From contig CAYLZE010000041.1 of assembly GCA_964388035.1 (NCBI GenBank), positions 7,275-41,267 on the forward strand: DNA of 33,993 bases. Reading direction: 5' to 3'. A model generated the notes under the pieces. The model was not told the origin of the DNA and ran no database searches. It saw only the letters and a program-made list of their open reading frames with translations. This document shows positions 7,556 to 18,195 of the stretch, in pieces. The stretch's first letter is position 1; the number at the start of each line of letters is the position of its first letter. The DNA comes from an uncultured archaeon (GTDB lineage: Archaea > Asgardarchaeota > Lokiarchaeia > Sigyniarchaeales > SOKP01). The translations under genes were made by a program, and so were the position numbers.

Positions 7556-9772
7556 ATGTCAAATAAATCAATAGGTTGGAATGGCAAGACTCTAAATGAG
7601 ATGCTTGAAGAAAGTGAGCAATTATTTAATCAAACTAAACGTTACTATGGCCTCGACCGGTTATCCTTAAAAGAGAAAGATCCCTTTAGATACGAACGAG
7701 CGTATGCTACGTTGAGAGGGGCATTGGTTTCTGCACGAGAAACGGCCCTTCACGTTGCAGCATCTCCTATTGTAAAAGAAATAGGAGAATTATGTTTTGC
7801 ATTATACACTCCCGAAGGAGATTCTATCGTCGTATCTACAGGTATATTAGTTCACGTCCATACCATGAGCGAAGCAATTAAGTTCATGGTTAAAGAGGAC
7901 TATGAGATGGACCCCAGTATTAATCCTGGCGATATTTTTCTTAATAACGATCCTGATTGCGGCAACGTTCACACTACTGATGTTCAGACACTAATTCCCA
8001 TTTTCTGGCAGAATGAATTAGTTGGTTGGGCAGGGGGAGTTACGCATCAAATAGATACGGGAGGAATTACACCAGGGCATGATTTAACAGCAGCAATCCA
8101 GAGATTTGATGATGGGGTTTATTATACGTGTAGAAAAATAGGCTCCAATGATAAAATCTGGAAAGATCACATGATAAATGCTCGGAGATCCGTGAGAACG
8201 CCAATGTATTGGGAATTAGATGAGAAATGCAGGCTTTCTGGAAATTTAATGATTCGGGATGCTGTGATTGAATTCATAGAACGAGAGGGAATCGATTATT
8301 ATAAGAGATTTGTAAGAGAAGCAATCGAAGAGGGAAGACAAATCTTATTAGAGAGAGTTAAAGAACGTCTTCTACCAGGTCGGTATAAAGCAGCAGCTTT
8401 TTTCGATTTACCTATGAAGAATGAAGCATGGCAACCACGAGCAAAAATAAACAAAGTGACGAATGAACCCGTCGAAATTATTGTTAAGGAAGACGGTTCC
8501 TTATCGCTTAGTTTTGAAGGATCCAGCGGACCGGGAGCTAATCCCATGAATTGCGGAAAAGGGGCCATGGAAGGAGGGCAATGGGTACTGCTAACCCAAA
8601 TTCTAATCTATGGAGATAAAGTGAATGATGGGGCATATTTTGGGGTTGAAACAAATTATCCCAAAGGCACCTGGTGTAATCCAGGAGATCCATATCTGTC
8701 TTATCAAAGTCCTTGGGGAAATTTAATTCCCGCATATACGGCAATGATGAAATGCATGTCCTATGGGCTTTTTTCCCGAGGATATCGAGAGGAGGTAGTG
8801 TGTGGGTATGGATTTACCGGGGACGGGATTCAAGGAGGGGGGATTTATGCTTCAGGCCCCTTGAAAGGAGAGCGATGGGCGTTATCGACGTTTGAAATAA
8901 GTTGTCAAGGTTTAGGAGCAAGTGCGGTTAGAGATGGATTAAATAATGGCTATGCTATGTGGAATCCTGAAGCCGATATGGGGGATGTGGAGACTTGGGA
9001 ACTTTTTCAAGGAGGAGTACCCTATTTATCAAGAAGAAGAAAACCAAATACTGCGGGATTTGGAAAGTATCGAGGGGGGTGCGCTTTTGAAGGAGTAGCA
9101 TTAGTAGCTTTCTCTAGAGAAGTTGACTTTTTTGGAGCCCGAGATGGCTTATGCTTTCACGGCACCGGAGGAATGCATGGAGGATATCCCAATGCCACCG
9201 GATATCGATTATATGCTAAAAATACTAACATGGCGGAGATTATCAAAAATGAATTACCGTATCCTTTAGGAGATTGGGATCCAAGTAATGGCGAGTTTGA
9301 GAAGTATCTAAAAGCGGATATCACGAGAAAGGCTCATTGTTCTATTTATCCCGTTACATTTGAAAACTATGATGTATGGTATCATACGCAGAGTGGGGGT
9401 CCAGGATATGGCGATCCTTTGGAACGTAATTTAGAATTTATTAAGAAAGATTTGGATGATGAGATTTATACATCTGATTTAGTGGATAAGGTATACGGTG
9501 TTAAAGCCAAATATGATAATAGAAAAAAAGAATGGACCATTGATAAGGAAGCTTCTTTGCGCCGTAGGGAACAAATAAGACAAGAAAGAAAGGAAAAATC
9601 AATGTCATATGAGGATTTTTGGAATAGAGAACGGAATAAAATATTAGAACATAAGTTATCAGAACAGGTTAAGAGAATGTATGCTGAAAGCATGAACCTT
9701 TCTGAGAAATGGTCCCGAGAATTTAAAGAATTTTGGAAATTACCTGAAGATTTTAAAATGGAGGCGGAATAA
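7556..9772 (+). CDS. acxB: Acetone carboxylase alpha subunit (hydantoinase B family, Mn-binding)
   Basis: IGWNGKTL.EML N-terminus, AASPIV.E.GELCF.LY, metal motif NVHTTD...GVTH, WNPEADMGDVE.WE, GGPGYGDPLER; GGAGG SD; 2 bp after acxA. Confidence 0.9.
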   Translation: MSNKSIGWNGKTLNEMLEESEQLFNQTKRYYGLDRLSLKEKDPFRYERAYATLRGALVSARETALHVAASPIVKEIGELCFALYTPEGDSIVVSTGILVHVHTMSEAIKFMVKEDYEMDPSINPGDIFLNNDPDCGNVHTTDVQTLIPIFWQNELVGWAGGVTHQIDTGGITPGHDLTAAIQRFDDGVYYTCRKIGSNDKIWKDHMINARRSVRTPMYWELDEKCRLSGNLMIRDAVIEFIEREGIDYYKRFVREAIEEGRQILLERVKERLLPGRYKAAAFFDLPMKNEAWQPRAKINKVTNEPVEIIVKEDGSLSLSFEGSSGPGANPMNCGKGAMEGGQWVLLTQILIYGDKVNDGAYFGVETNYPKGTWCNPGDPYLSYQSPWGNLIPAYTAMMKCMSYGLFSRGYREEVVCGYGFTGDGIQGGGIYASGPLKGERWALSTFEISCQGLGASAVRDGLNNGYAMWNPEADMGDVETWELFQGGVPYLSRRRKPNTAGFGKYRGGCAFEGVALVAFSREVDFFGARDGLCFHGTGGMHGGYPNATGYRLYAKNTNMAEIIKNELPYPLGDWDPSNGEFEKYLKADITRKAHCSIYPVTFENYDVWYHTQSGGPGYGDPLERNLEFIKKDLDDEIYTSDLVDKVYGVKAKYDNRKKEWTIDKEASLRRREQIRQERKEKSMSYEDFWNRERNKILEHKLSEQVKRMYAESMNLSEKWSREFKEFWKLPEDFKMEAE

Positions 9773-10252
9773 ATGCCAAAATATGACGATCGAACTTTAG
9801 AGCGATTGATTGAGGGATATTTAACTTGGAATGAATTAAAACCCATCATTAGTTCTGTTAAAGATCACGACCGCTTTGAAAGGATATTAGACATTTTGCA
9901 GAAAAAAGTTCCATGGAAAGAAAAAATCCTTTTACCATTACATGAGCATCTGTACATAGTAGAGAAAAATGGAGAAAGAATTGTCAAATGCGATTGTGGG
10001 TATGAATTTGGAAGCTACAAACTCAATTGGAAATTAAAATGCCGCGTGAGGTTGCGGGATACTCAACAAGATATTGAAGAGCTTTATCCAAAATACATGG
10101 GGTGTGATCCCGAATGGGAGGAACTTCGTGAATATTATTGCCCGAGTTGCTTATCACTCCTTGATACAGAAGCGGTACCGCCAGGATATCCTACTATTTT
10201 CAATTTTCTCCCAGATTTGGATACGTTCTATGGAAAATGGTTGAAAAAATAA
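9773..10252 (+). CDS. acxC: Acetone carboxylase gamma subunit
   Basis: KD.DRF, ILLPLHEHLYIV, KCDCGYEFG.Y..NWK, REYYCPSC, EAVPPGYP..F.FLPDLDTFY..WL; abuts the acxB stop. Confidence 0.9.
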   Translation: MPKYDDRTLERLIEGYLTWNELKPIISSVKDHDRFERILDILQKKVPWKEKILLPLHEHLYIVEKNGERIVKCDCGYEFGSYKLNWKLKCRVRLRDTQQDIEELYPKYMGCDPEWEELREYYCPSCLSLLDTEAVPPGYPTIFNFLPDLDTFYGKWLKK

Positions 10253-10380
10253 ATCGCCAAAAAAAGAAGAAGAATAGCAAAACACACTTTTTTTTTCAGA
10301 TTTTTTTTAAATTTTTAAGGTTGCTTTTATAATGGTTCTAATGCTATTAAATTATAAAGGATTATATATAGTGATTTAAC

Positions 10381-11271
10381 ATGATTAAGGAAAAAAAAAT
10401 AGGATGGGTAGGTACCGGAGTAATGGGCGCATCGATGTGCAAGCATGTCGTGAAAGCTGGATATCAAGCATTCGTCTATAATAGAACTAAAGAGAAAGCG
10501 GAAGAATTAATTAAATTGGGTGCCCAATGGTGTTCCAATCCTAAGGAGGTGGCGGAGAAAAGTGAAATTATCTTTAGCATAGTAGGTTTTCCTAAAGATG
10601 TAAGGGAAGTTTATTTGGGGGAAGAGGGAATATTAAATGGAGCTAAAAAGAATTCGATAATTGTAGACATGACTACCTCAGAGCCCACTCTCGCTCGAGA
10701 AATATATGATAAAGCCAAAAAGTTAGGAATCTCCTCCATTGATGCTCCTGTGTCAGGAGGAGATGTAGGAGCAAAAGAAGGAACTTTAGCTATCATGACT
10801 GGAGGAGATAAGGAAGCGTATGAAAAAGTTCTTCCTTTATTTCAATTGATGGGGAAAAATATTGCTTACATGGGGAAGGCGGGAGCTGGCCAACATACAA
10901 AAATGAGTAATCAAATTTTAATCGCTTCCACGATGATTGGTGTTGTCGAGTCTTTACTATATGCATATAAAGCGGGAAACGATCTGACGGAAGTTATAAA
11001 TGTAATTGGTAAAGGGGCTGCGGGATGCTGGTCCATCAATAATCTCGGTCCTCGCATAGTAAAAGGTAATTTTGATCCGGGTTTCTTTATAAAGCATTTT
11101 ATTAAAGACATGGGGATTGCCCTGCAAGAAGCCAAACAAATGAACTTGTCCCTCCCAGGACTTGCATTAGCTTATCAATTTTATATTTCAGCCACGGCAA
11201 TGGGATTAGAAAATCTTGGTACTCATGGGCTCTATAGAGTATTTGCAACAATGAATAATGTTGAAATTTAA
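10381..11271 (+). CDS. NAD(P)-dependent beta-hydroxyacid dehydrogenase (3-hydroxyisobutyrate dehydrogenase / tartronate semialdehyde reductase family)
   Basis: IGWVGTGVMG Rossmann motif, YNRT, DAPVSGGDVGA, catalytic Lys in GQHTKMSNQ, F.PGF...HF.KD. Confidence 0.93.
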   Translation: MIKEKKIGWVGTGVMGASMCKHVVKAGYQAFVYNRTKEKAEELIKLGAQWCSNPKEVAEKSEIIFSIVGFPKDVREVYLGEEGILNGAKKNSIIVDMTTSEPTLAREIYDKAKKLGISSIDAPVSGGDVGAKEGTLAIMTGGDKEAYEKVLPLFQLMGKNIAYMGKAGAGQHTKMSNQILIASTMIGVVESLLYAYKAGNDLTEVINVIGKGAAGCWSINNLGPRIVKGNFDPGFFIKHFIKDMGIALQEAKQMNLSLPGLALAYQFYISATAMGLENLGTHGLYRVFATMNNVEI

Positions 11272-11502
11272 ACGAATATTTCTTTATTATTACTTCCCTA
11301 CTTTGAATTGAATTGGAAAACTTTCTCTTTAATTTTTTTTAGAATTCGTTCTCAGCAACCGTCAAAAAAAAAGAAAGAAAAATAAAAATTTCTATGTGAA
11401 AGTCAATTTTTCTTCTATTTGAAGTATAATTTGTAGACCATATATTTAAATACTTCACGCATTCTAAATTTAATAAGATTTATTCAATTAACATGAACAA
11501 AG

Positions 11503-11979
11503 GTGGAAAGAGTGTATAAAAAAATATTATTAGGAATGGATTGGTCGGAAGACGCAAAAAGAGCAGCAAATAGGGTGTTAGAATTGCAGAAACCGGGAGA
11601 GACAAAAATCGTAGCTTTTCATTCAATTGCGCATCGCATGATACCCCTATCTATAGAATCAGGGGTACCCTTTGGAAAAACATATCACATACCAATGGCA
11701 GATTATAACAGAATAGAAAATGATTATCGAGAGGCAGGAAATAAGTTATTAAATGAAACGAAAAGCTTTTTTAAAAACTCAAATGTTGAAATAGAAACGC
11801 GCTTAATTGAAAGTCAAGAACCTGAAGATTATATCAGGCAAATAACTAATGAGGAAAATTTTGATCTTGTCGTTTTGGGTTGCAAGGGACATCACTCAAA
11901 ATTCGAAGAAGTATTTATAGGCAGTGTTTCAGAACATGTGATTAACAATGCGGCTTGCGATGTTTTATTAGTCCGCTAA
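11503..11979 (+). CDS. Universal stress protein (UspA family)
   Basis: YKKILLGMDWS, DLVVLGCKG, IGSVSEHVINNAACDVLLVR. Confidence 0.93.
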   Translation: MERVYKKILLGMDWSEDAKRAANRVLELQKPGETKIVAFHSIAHRMIPLSIESGVPFGKTYHIPMADYNRIENDYREAGNKLLNETKSFFKNSNVEIETRLIESQEPEDYIRQITNEENFDLVVLGCKGHHSKFEEVFIGSVSEHVINNAACDVLLVR

Positions 11980-12205
11980 AGTGCTATTAATATTAGATCC
12001 GTGTTTTATTATTTACCACTTCTTTTAGAAGATGTTTTTTATATTCATATAAATTATCTCTTTTTTTGTTTTTTTGCGATAATCTTACTTAAATTTTTTA
12101 TTCTTCTAATAGAGAAGTTTTAAGAAGATTAATGGGGAAAAAATCTTAGAAGTTCTCTATTTAGATAAATATTATTGAATCATGAACCAATTTTCAACAT
12201 CGAAT

Positions 12206-14431
12206 TTAATATTCCACCCAAATGGGTCCGGAATAAGCAGTTCTTCCATTGTCCCCGACCACGCGGATCACATAGAAATCCGCTCCTCCTGTATTTAAAG
12301 TGGCCGGATCAACAGGATTATCACTGTATTCATTAATATAGTACTTTCCATCTTTTTCAATGCAATTTTCGATTCCATATGATGTTCCCGTTATGGGAGA
12401 CTTGTCCGTGTATTGAACTTTAGCTAATGGCGTGTCAATGGGTATTTTCATGAGGAGGGCCCCATTTTTGAATATCTCGAGGGTGCAACGCCAATCAGGT
12501 ACCCAATCCGGTCCTACCGTGGCGGATTGGGGTCTTTTATTTGCTGCAGGGGCTCCATCTTGGGCAATAAACACGCTTATTTCTCTGGGAGTAAAAACAC
12601 TTCCCACTTTTAGAGTTGAACCATCTCCCACATCTACTCCATTGATCGTGAAATCAAGGATGGGGCGCCCATGGTCTGATGAGGCATAAATCCGCTGATT
12701 TTCTAATCCAGAAAAGACAGCATCCCGAGTAAGTGCTGAAGCATGTACTGCTGTAATTCCACTGGGATAGGGTAAATCGATCCGATTGACCCATTTGGTC
12801 CATGGTCTTTGGTGTCCTATGTAAGCTTCCGTATGACTTAGAGAATGTCCAGGATGGCCATCATGTTCGTCGCCCGATCCATAGAGTGTCAACTGATATC
12901 CCATTTTTAAGGCATCCATTATTGCACTTCCATGAGTCCATGTGGGGGTCGGGTCAGTGGCTCCACGATAATTTAGGGGATCATGCTGCTCAAAAAGAAA
13001 TTCTCCGTGTACCGAAGTTACTTCGGCGATTTTTACATATTTTGGATTAAGATAGGTCCAATCCGTAATATATTCTTCCTTTGTAGTATGATGGGGTAAT
13101 GCTAAGGCATGTTCTTCTGTGGAAGCGGTAAAATTATCAAGTGCATTCCACAAATCTTGAGGAGTAAGGACGGTAAAATATGATAACACTGGGTCTTTTA
13201 TTAATTTGTCACCGGAAAAAATGCAAGTATAATGACCTGTTTTCGTGTCGGTCCACTCAATTCCCGGGAAAGTCACGAATTCGCCGGGAGCATAGGCATC
13301 ATTGGTGGCTTTTTCTGCTTTATCTAAGGCTCCCATCTCAATTAGCATTAATTCACCGTGATCGGTCATGGCGTTAAAATCCAAGCACGCAACATGATTA
13401 GCATAATAGAAATGGTGTTCCGGTGTTCCAGATCCATCGGAGAGTGCTGAATGAGAATGTATATCCCCCCAATAAATATTTTGACTTTTTTCTGAGGGAT
13501 TTTTAACGATTATTGGATTACTCCAATATATATTGTTAGTTAAAGAATCATGAACCAAAAGATAATGAATACCAATTGTATCTATTTGTATCGTGAAAAG
13601 ATGTGATCCATTATCCTTTCCATCGCGAATTTCATAGGCGATATCGGATCCAACAAGCTGTCCCGTAAAAGTATATGGTTCAGGAAGAGTTGCGCTAATA
13701 AAATAAAGCTTCTTCAATGAATTTGAATCGAAAGATACAATAGAAAATTCTACTGTTCCCTTATACGTTGCACTTAACCGTTCATTAGAATCCCACGCTT
13801 CTACGGTTATGTTAAACTCAGAACCTCTTTGCACCGTCGTTGGAGCATGGATCCATAGCAATTTCGTATTATTGTCAAATAATACTCGAAGATTCACGCT
13901 TAGAGCCCACCAAGATACTATTGGGAATAAAATTATACAGAAAGTAAGAAGTATTTTCAACTTCTTAGATATAATTCTCCTGCCATGAATAAAATTTGAG
14001 ATTTTATGCGAGATTTCTGAATCTTTCTTTTTCAGTGACCTCCAAACTAACGCAACCATGACATACGAAATAATACAAGCAGGACCCATTCCAAGAGAAA
14101 TATAGACGGTTGAAATGCTCGGTTTTCCCAAAGCATTGCGCATACCGATAAAATTCACGATAAACGTGCTTATTCCCGCAGTCCATGCCAATATAATGCC
14201 AAGCTTTCTCCATGATTTATTTGGAAGGACAAGGTAATATACTATTCCAATAGTAAGTCCAATAAAACTAAAGAAATATAACATGGTACTGTAGATTCCA
14301 AGCACATAAATAGAAAGAAGGACGGCATGTTCCCCGAAATTTGAAATGCCCAAAACTTTCTTATTTAAATAATTAAAGGGGGTAAATTCCTTTACTTTCT
14401 TAAAGAAATTATTTCCTTTTAACAATACCAT
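12206..14431 (-). CDS. Membrane-anchored PHP-family metallohydrolase (DUF3604 / CehA-McbA-like), paralog 1
   Basis: N-terminal TM helices, Ig-like segment, WGDIHSHS.LSDG, TDHGE, EWT...GHY, PHH, DEHDGHPGH. Confidence 0.8.
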   Translation of the reverse strand: MVLLKGNNFFKKVKEFTPFNYLNKKVLGISNFGEHAVLLSIYVLGIYSTMLYFFSFIGLTIGIVYYLVLPNKSWRKLGIILAWTAGISTFIVNFIGMRNALGKPSISTVYISLGMGPACIISYVMVALVWRSLKKKDSEISHKISNFIHGRRIISKKLKILLTFCIILFPIVSWWALSVNLRVLFDNNTKLLWIHAPTTVQRGSEFNITVEAWDSNERLSATYKGTVEFSIVSFDSNSLKKLYFISATLPEPYTFTGQLVGSDIAYEIRDGKDNGSHLFTIQIDTIGIHYLLVHDSLTNNIYWSNPIIVKNPSEKSQNIYWGDIHSHSALSDGSGTPEHHFYYANHVACLDFNAMTDHGELMLIEMGALDKAEKATNDAYAPGEFVTFPGIEWTDTKTGHYTCIFSGDKLIKDPVLSYFTVLTPQDLWNALDNFTASTEEHALALPHHTTKEEYITDWTYLNPKYVKIAEVTSVHGEFLFEQHDPLNYRGATDPTPTWTHGSAIMDALKMGYQLTLYGSGDEHDGHPGHSLSHTEAYIGHQRPWTKWVNRIDLPYPSGITAVHASALTRDAVFSGLENQRIYASSDHGRPILDFTINGVDVGDGSTLKVGSVFTPREISVFIAQDGAPAANKRPQSATVGPDWVPDWRCTLEIFKNGALLMKIPIDTPLAKVQYTDKSPITGTSYGIENCIEKDGKYYINEYSDNPVDPATLNTGGADFYVIRVVGDNGRTAYSGPIWVEY

Positions 14432-14647
14432 TATGGTAACCTCGCGAAGAAATTTACACTGAGACTACTTTAAGTAAAATTTCAAATTTTATTTTAAAAT
14501 CTATTTATTTTTCTTATTTCTGTTTTATAAGTAATAATTCTTTGTACCATCTATATAAACCTTTATTATGATTTAACAATTTAAACTGTGAATCCTGCAT
14601 TCTTCATTTTTTACGTATAAAATACAAAACTGACTAATTTGAAAAAT

Positions 14648-15748
14648 TTATACGTTTTTCAACTTATCTTTTTGCTCTTTAATGGCTTGATAAGTATCTA
14701 AGGTATTTAACGGAGTAATTACCTCTTCTTCTTTTTTAATTAATCTAATTGCATCACTGGGACAAATGGGAATGCAAGCGCCACAACCTATGCATCGATC
14801 AAGATTAATTTCGGCATGCTCTTCATCAAGCGAAATCGCATCCATGTTGCAGCGATTCACACACATTCCACATGCCGTGCAAGAAGCAATTTCTATAGTT
14901 GCATAATAATTCGAGGCAAAAAATTGAGCGGGAGCAACTAATTTTCTCTCGTTAGATAAAACCACGCAACAACAACCGCAACAGCTGCAAATACACATTG
15001 GATTTTTAGAATTCGCAGGTTGAAGCACCAAGCCGTCCTTTTCCGCTTGTCTTATAATTTCCAAAGCTTTTTCTTTGTCTATGTATTTTCCATGCCCAAG
15101 CTCCACGTAATGATCAGCAGCACCCCTGAATATCAGGCAACATTCTCTTAACTTTGTTTTTTTACAAGGCTCGTTGATCATGTCTTTACTTTTACGACAT
15201 ATGCAATCAATAACGGCTATTGATCCATCCAGATTTTCAATTATTTCTTTAACGTCATCATATTGAAGAATTCCTTGATCCGTTGAAACACTTTCTTCAA
15301 TAGGTATAACGCGCATTTGAGGAATGTTCGTTTTATTATATTCATCTTTGAAAAAATAATTTCCGAAATATTCATCTACATCTTTGATGAACTCTTTGGT
15401 GAGACTTCCTACTTGATACTCATAAAAGCCCATTATAAGAGGAATATTAAAATAATAATCACCTTTCTCGGGAATTTCTTTCTTGTTAATAATTCCCTTT
15501 TTATTCATGCGATCCATTTTTGCCTTTAATCCCTCGATCGACATTCCCTGCTCATTTGCTTTTTCTTGAATAATATCAAAAGAGATGGGTTTATGTTCAA
15601 GCAACGTGGCAATTTCTGCTTCTTCTATCGTAAAAAGGTGCTTTAGGACTTTTAAGTCCAAATCATCTTTTGCCGGGGGAAATCCTATCGGCATTTTATC
15701 TAAATGACTTTGTAACTTCCTATATATGCTTTTTTCAGTATTGTTCAT
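14648..15748 (-). CDS. 4Fe-4S binding protein (N-terminal wHTH-like region, Cys-rich core, C-terminal dicluster ferredoxin)
   Basis: CICR, C...L.ECC, ICSCCGCCC, CTACGMCVNRC, CIGCGACIPICP. Confidence 0.88.
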   Translation of the reverse strand: MNNTEKSIYRKLQSHLDKMPIGFPPAKDDLDLKVLKHLFTIEEAEIATLLEHKPISFDIIQEKANEQGMSIEGLKAKMDRMNKKGIINKKEIPEKGDYYFNIPLIMGFYEYQVGSLTKEFIKDVDEYFGNYFFKDEYNKTNIPQMRVIPIEESVSTDQGILQYDDVKEIIENLDGSIAVIDCICRKSKDMINEPCKKTKLRECCLIFRGAADHYVELGHGKYIDKEKALEIIRQAEKDGLVLQPANSKNPMCICSCCGCCCVVLSNERKLVAPAQFFASNYYATIEIASCTACGMCVNRCNMDAISLDEEHAEINLDRCIGCGACIPICPSDAIRLIKKEEEVITPLNTLDTYQAIKEQKDKLKNV

Positions 15749-15799
15749 ATGAATCCTTACTATCCCTACCTTATTTTTATAATTGAATTAAATATAATA

Positions 15800-17935
15800 T
15801 TAATATTCCACCCAAATTGGCCCGGCATAAGAAGTTCTACCGTTTTCTCCCACTACTCTAATTAAATAAAAATCGAAACCATTGGTATTTAAAGTGGAGG
15901 GATCAATAGGATTATCACTATATTGATTTACGTACCATTTTCCATCGATTTCAATACAATGTTCGGCATATGATGTTCCTTGGATTGGCTCGCTATCTAC
16001 AACCGAGATTTTACTAATAGGAGAAGATACAGTTAAACTTTTCCATAACTCCCCATTTTTAATTATTTCTATGGATGCTTTCCAATTCGGGTTCCAATTT
16101 GAATGAACAGAGTCAGAGGCAGATTCTGATTTTAGAGCTACTGTAGCACCATCTTGAGCCAAAAAAACATCGATTCTTCTCGGGCTATTAGAAGAATCGA
16201 CAATAACTGTAGAACCATCCCCTACTTGTTTACCATTTATAGAAAACTCTAAAATGGGGCGACCGTGATCAGAATTTGCGTAAATACGTTGGGTCTCCAA
16301 TGCAGTGAAAATTTCATCTCTTGTTAAGCCAGTAACGTGAGCCGCTGTTAATCCTCCAGGATATGGATGCTCATTTCGCGTGTGCCAAACACTGATGGGA
16401 AGTTGATGTCCTACAAAAGCACGAGTATGACTCAGACTATGCCCCGGATGTCCATCATGTTCGTCACTTGATGCATACATCGTTAATCTTTTTCCCATTA
16501 TGAATGCATCTACCACGGAAGTTCCATATACATATTCTGGGGGTTGATCAATCATTCCGCGGTAATTCAACGGGTGTCCATGCGCAAAAAGGCATTCTCC
16601 ATGTACAGATGTGACTTCAGCTATTTTCACGTACTTAGGATTGATATAGGTCCAATCCTCCATATAAGCTTCTTGCGTGGTATGATGGGGGAGAGCTAAA
16701 GCTCTATCTCCCGTTTCAGCTGTGAATTTATCCAATGCATTCCACAGATCATCTGTTTTAGGAAGAAGGATATAAGATAGAATCGGATCTCTAGTTAATT
16801 GATCTCCACTAAAAATGCAAGTATAATGACCAGTTTGAACATTTGTCCATTCCATTCCGGGAAAAGTAACAAAATTCCCCGGTTGATATGCCTTATTAGT
16901 TTCACTTTCAAGAACATCGACAGAACTCGGATTCCACATCATTATTTCTCCATGATCCGTGAGAGCGTAATAATCCAGACAGGCAACATAACGAGCATAA
17001 TAAAATGAATGTGCCGCCGTACCAGTACCATCGGATAATTCTGAATGGGAATGAATATCGCCCCATACTATTCTGGGGTCCGTTTCTCCTAAATTCTTCA
17101 CAATAATTGGATTACTATAGTAAGTATTTTTAGTCACGCTGTCGTGAACTAAAATATAATGAATCCCTAGAGTAAATATTACTACATTAAAAGTTTGAAG
17201 TCCATTATCATTACCATCTTTTATTTCATAAGCTATCTCGGATCCGACCAATTGACCGGTGAATGTATATTGTTCTGGTAGTAGACATTTTACAGAAGTT
17301 AATGGGGCAAGAGTTTCAAGATCATAAGATTTAGTCGAAAATTGCACCGTTCCGGAATAAGTGGCACTCAATCTCTCGAAGGAATCCCACGCTTCCACGG
17401 TGATTTGAAAATCCTTACCAATATCGACTGTTGAAGGGGCATTTATCCATAACATTTTCGTTTCATTATCAAACATCACCCCAAAATCAATATATACGGA
17501 AGACCACATTACGATAGGAGATGCTACCAAAATGACTTTTAGGACTTTCTTATGAATTGGTTTGATTTTTATTGAGTTTATTCTATTTGTTATGCTTTGT
17601 AACGAATTGATTTGTACCTTCCTTTTGCTTAAAAAGCGAACAAAAATATTTAAAGAAAGTAAAAGCAAATAGAAGCCTAATCCATACCATATTGCCAAAT
17701 TAAGAGGGGATACCTCTTTATAGGTATGTGTCAATATCGAAATGAATCCCTCATAAATTGCCAACATCAATCCATTATAGCGAGCAATCTTCGGCTTTAA
17801 GATTAAGAAATAAGCAAGACCGATAATGAGTCCAATTACATTCAAAAAGAACCAAAATATTGAAATCATGCCAAAAACAAACACTGAAAAGAGGACGATA
17901 TTTTTGACATGATCCTTCTTGATAATTAGCTTCAT
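15800..17935 (-). CDS. Membrane-anchored PHP-family metallohydrolase (DUF3604 / CehA-McbA-like), paralog 2
   Basis: Same motifs as 12206..14431 (WGDIHSHSELSDG, TDHGE, SSDEHDGHPGH) and the same terminal GPIWVEY. Confidence 0.8.
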   Translation of the reverse strand: MKLIIKKDHVKNIVLFSVFVFGMISIFWFFLNVIGLIIGLAYFLILKPKIARYNGLMLAIYEGFISILTHTYKEVSPLNLAIWYGLGFYLLLLSLNIFVRFLSKRKVQINSLQSITNRINSIKIKPIHKKVLKVILVASPIVMWSSVYIDFGVMFDNETKMLWINAPSTVDIGKDFQITVEAWDSFERLSATYSGTVQFSTKSYDLETLAPLTSVKCLLPEQYTFTGQLVGSEIAYEIKDGNDNGLQTFNVVIFTLGIHYILVHDSVTKNTYYSNPIIVKNLGETDPRIVWGDIHSHSELSDGTGTAAHSFYYARYVACLDYYALTDHGEIMMWNPSSVDVLESETNKAYQPGNFVTFPGMEWTNVQTGHYTCIFSGDQLTRDPILSYILLPKTDDLWNALDKFTAETGDRALALPHHTTQEAYMEDWTYINPKYVKIAEVTSVHGECLFAHGHPLNYRGMIDQPPEYVYGTSVVDAFIMGKRLTMYASSDEHDGHPGHSLSHTRAFVGHQLPISVWHTRNEHPYPGGLTAAHVTGLTRDEIFTALETQRIYANSDHGRPILEFSINGKQVGDGSTVIVDSSNSPRRIDVFLAQDGATVALKSESASDSVHSNWNPNWKASIEIIKNGELWKSLTVSSPISKISVVDSEPIQGTSYAEHCIEIDGKWYVNQYSDNPIDPSTLNTNGFDFYLIRVVGENGRTSYAGPIWVEY

Positions 17936-18195
17936 CTTTTTGATCTGAATTAATGGATTAATTTATTATTTGATACTAATCATAACTTTTAACTAAATAT
18001 ATAAAGATGTATTATTCTATTTATAGTTTTAATTTTTTAACATTCTTGTAAATGTTAATTGCTTCTTTTCCTTCTTAAACAGAAAGTTAGAAGAATATAA
18101 TTATTTTATCAGCAAGAGAGAAAATTAAAGTAAAACAAGAATTAACAATAAAAAACTACCTCTTTCGGTCTCTCCTCAACTTCAATATTTTTTTT

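Noticed and set aside
5966-11139. Short ORFs inside acxABC and the dehydrogenase
   Set aside because: Antisense or alternate-frame overlaps of strongly supported genes, with no motifs.
14648-15748. Possible selenocysteine recoding in the Fe-S protein
   Set aside because: All motifs are complete with Cys and no in-frame TGA is needed.
12432-17008. Short ORFs overlapping the PHP hydrolases and the Fe-S gene
   Set aside because: Shadow ORFs with no independent coding evidence.
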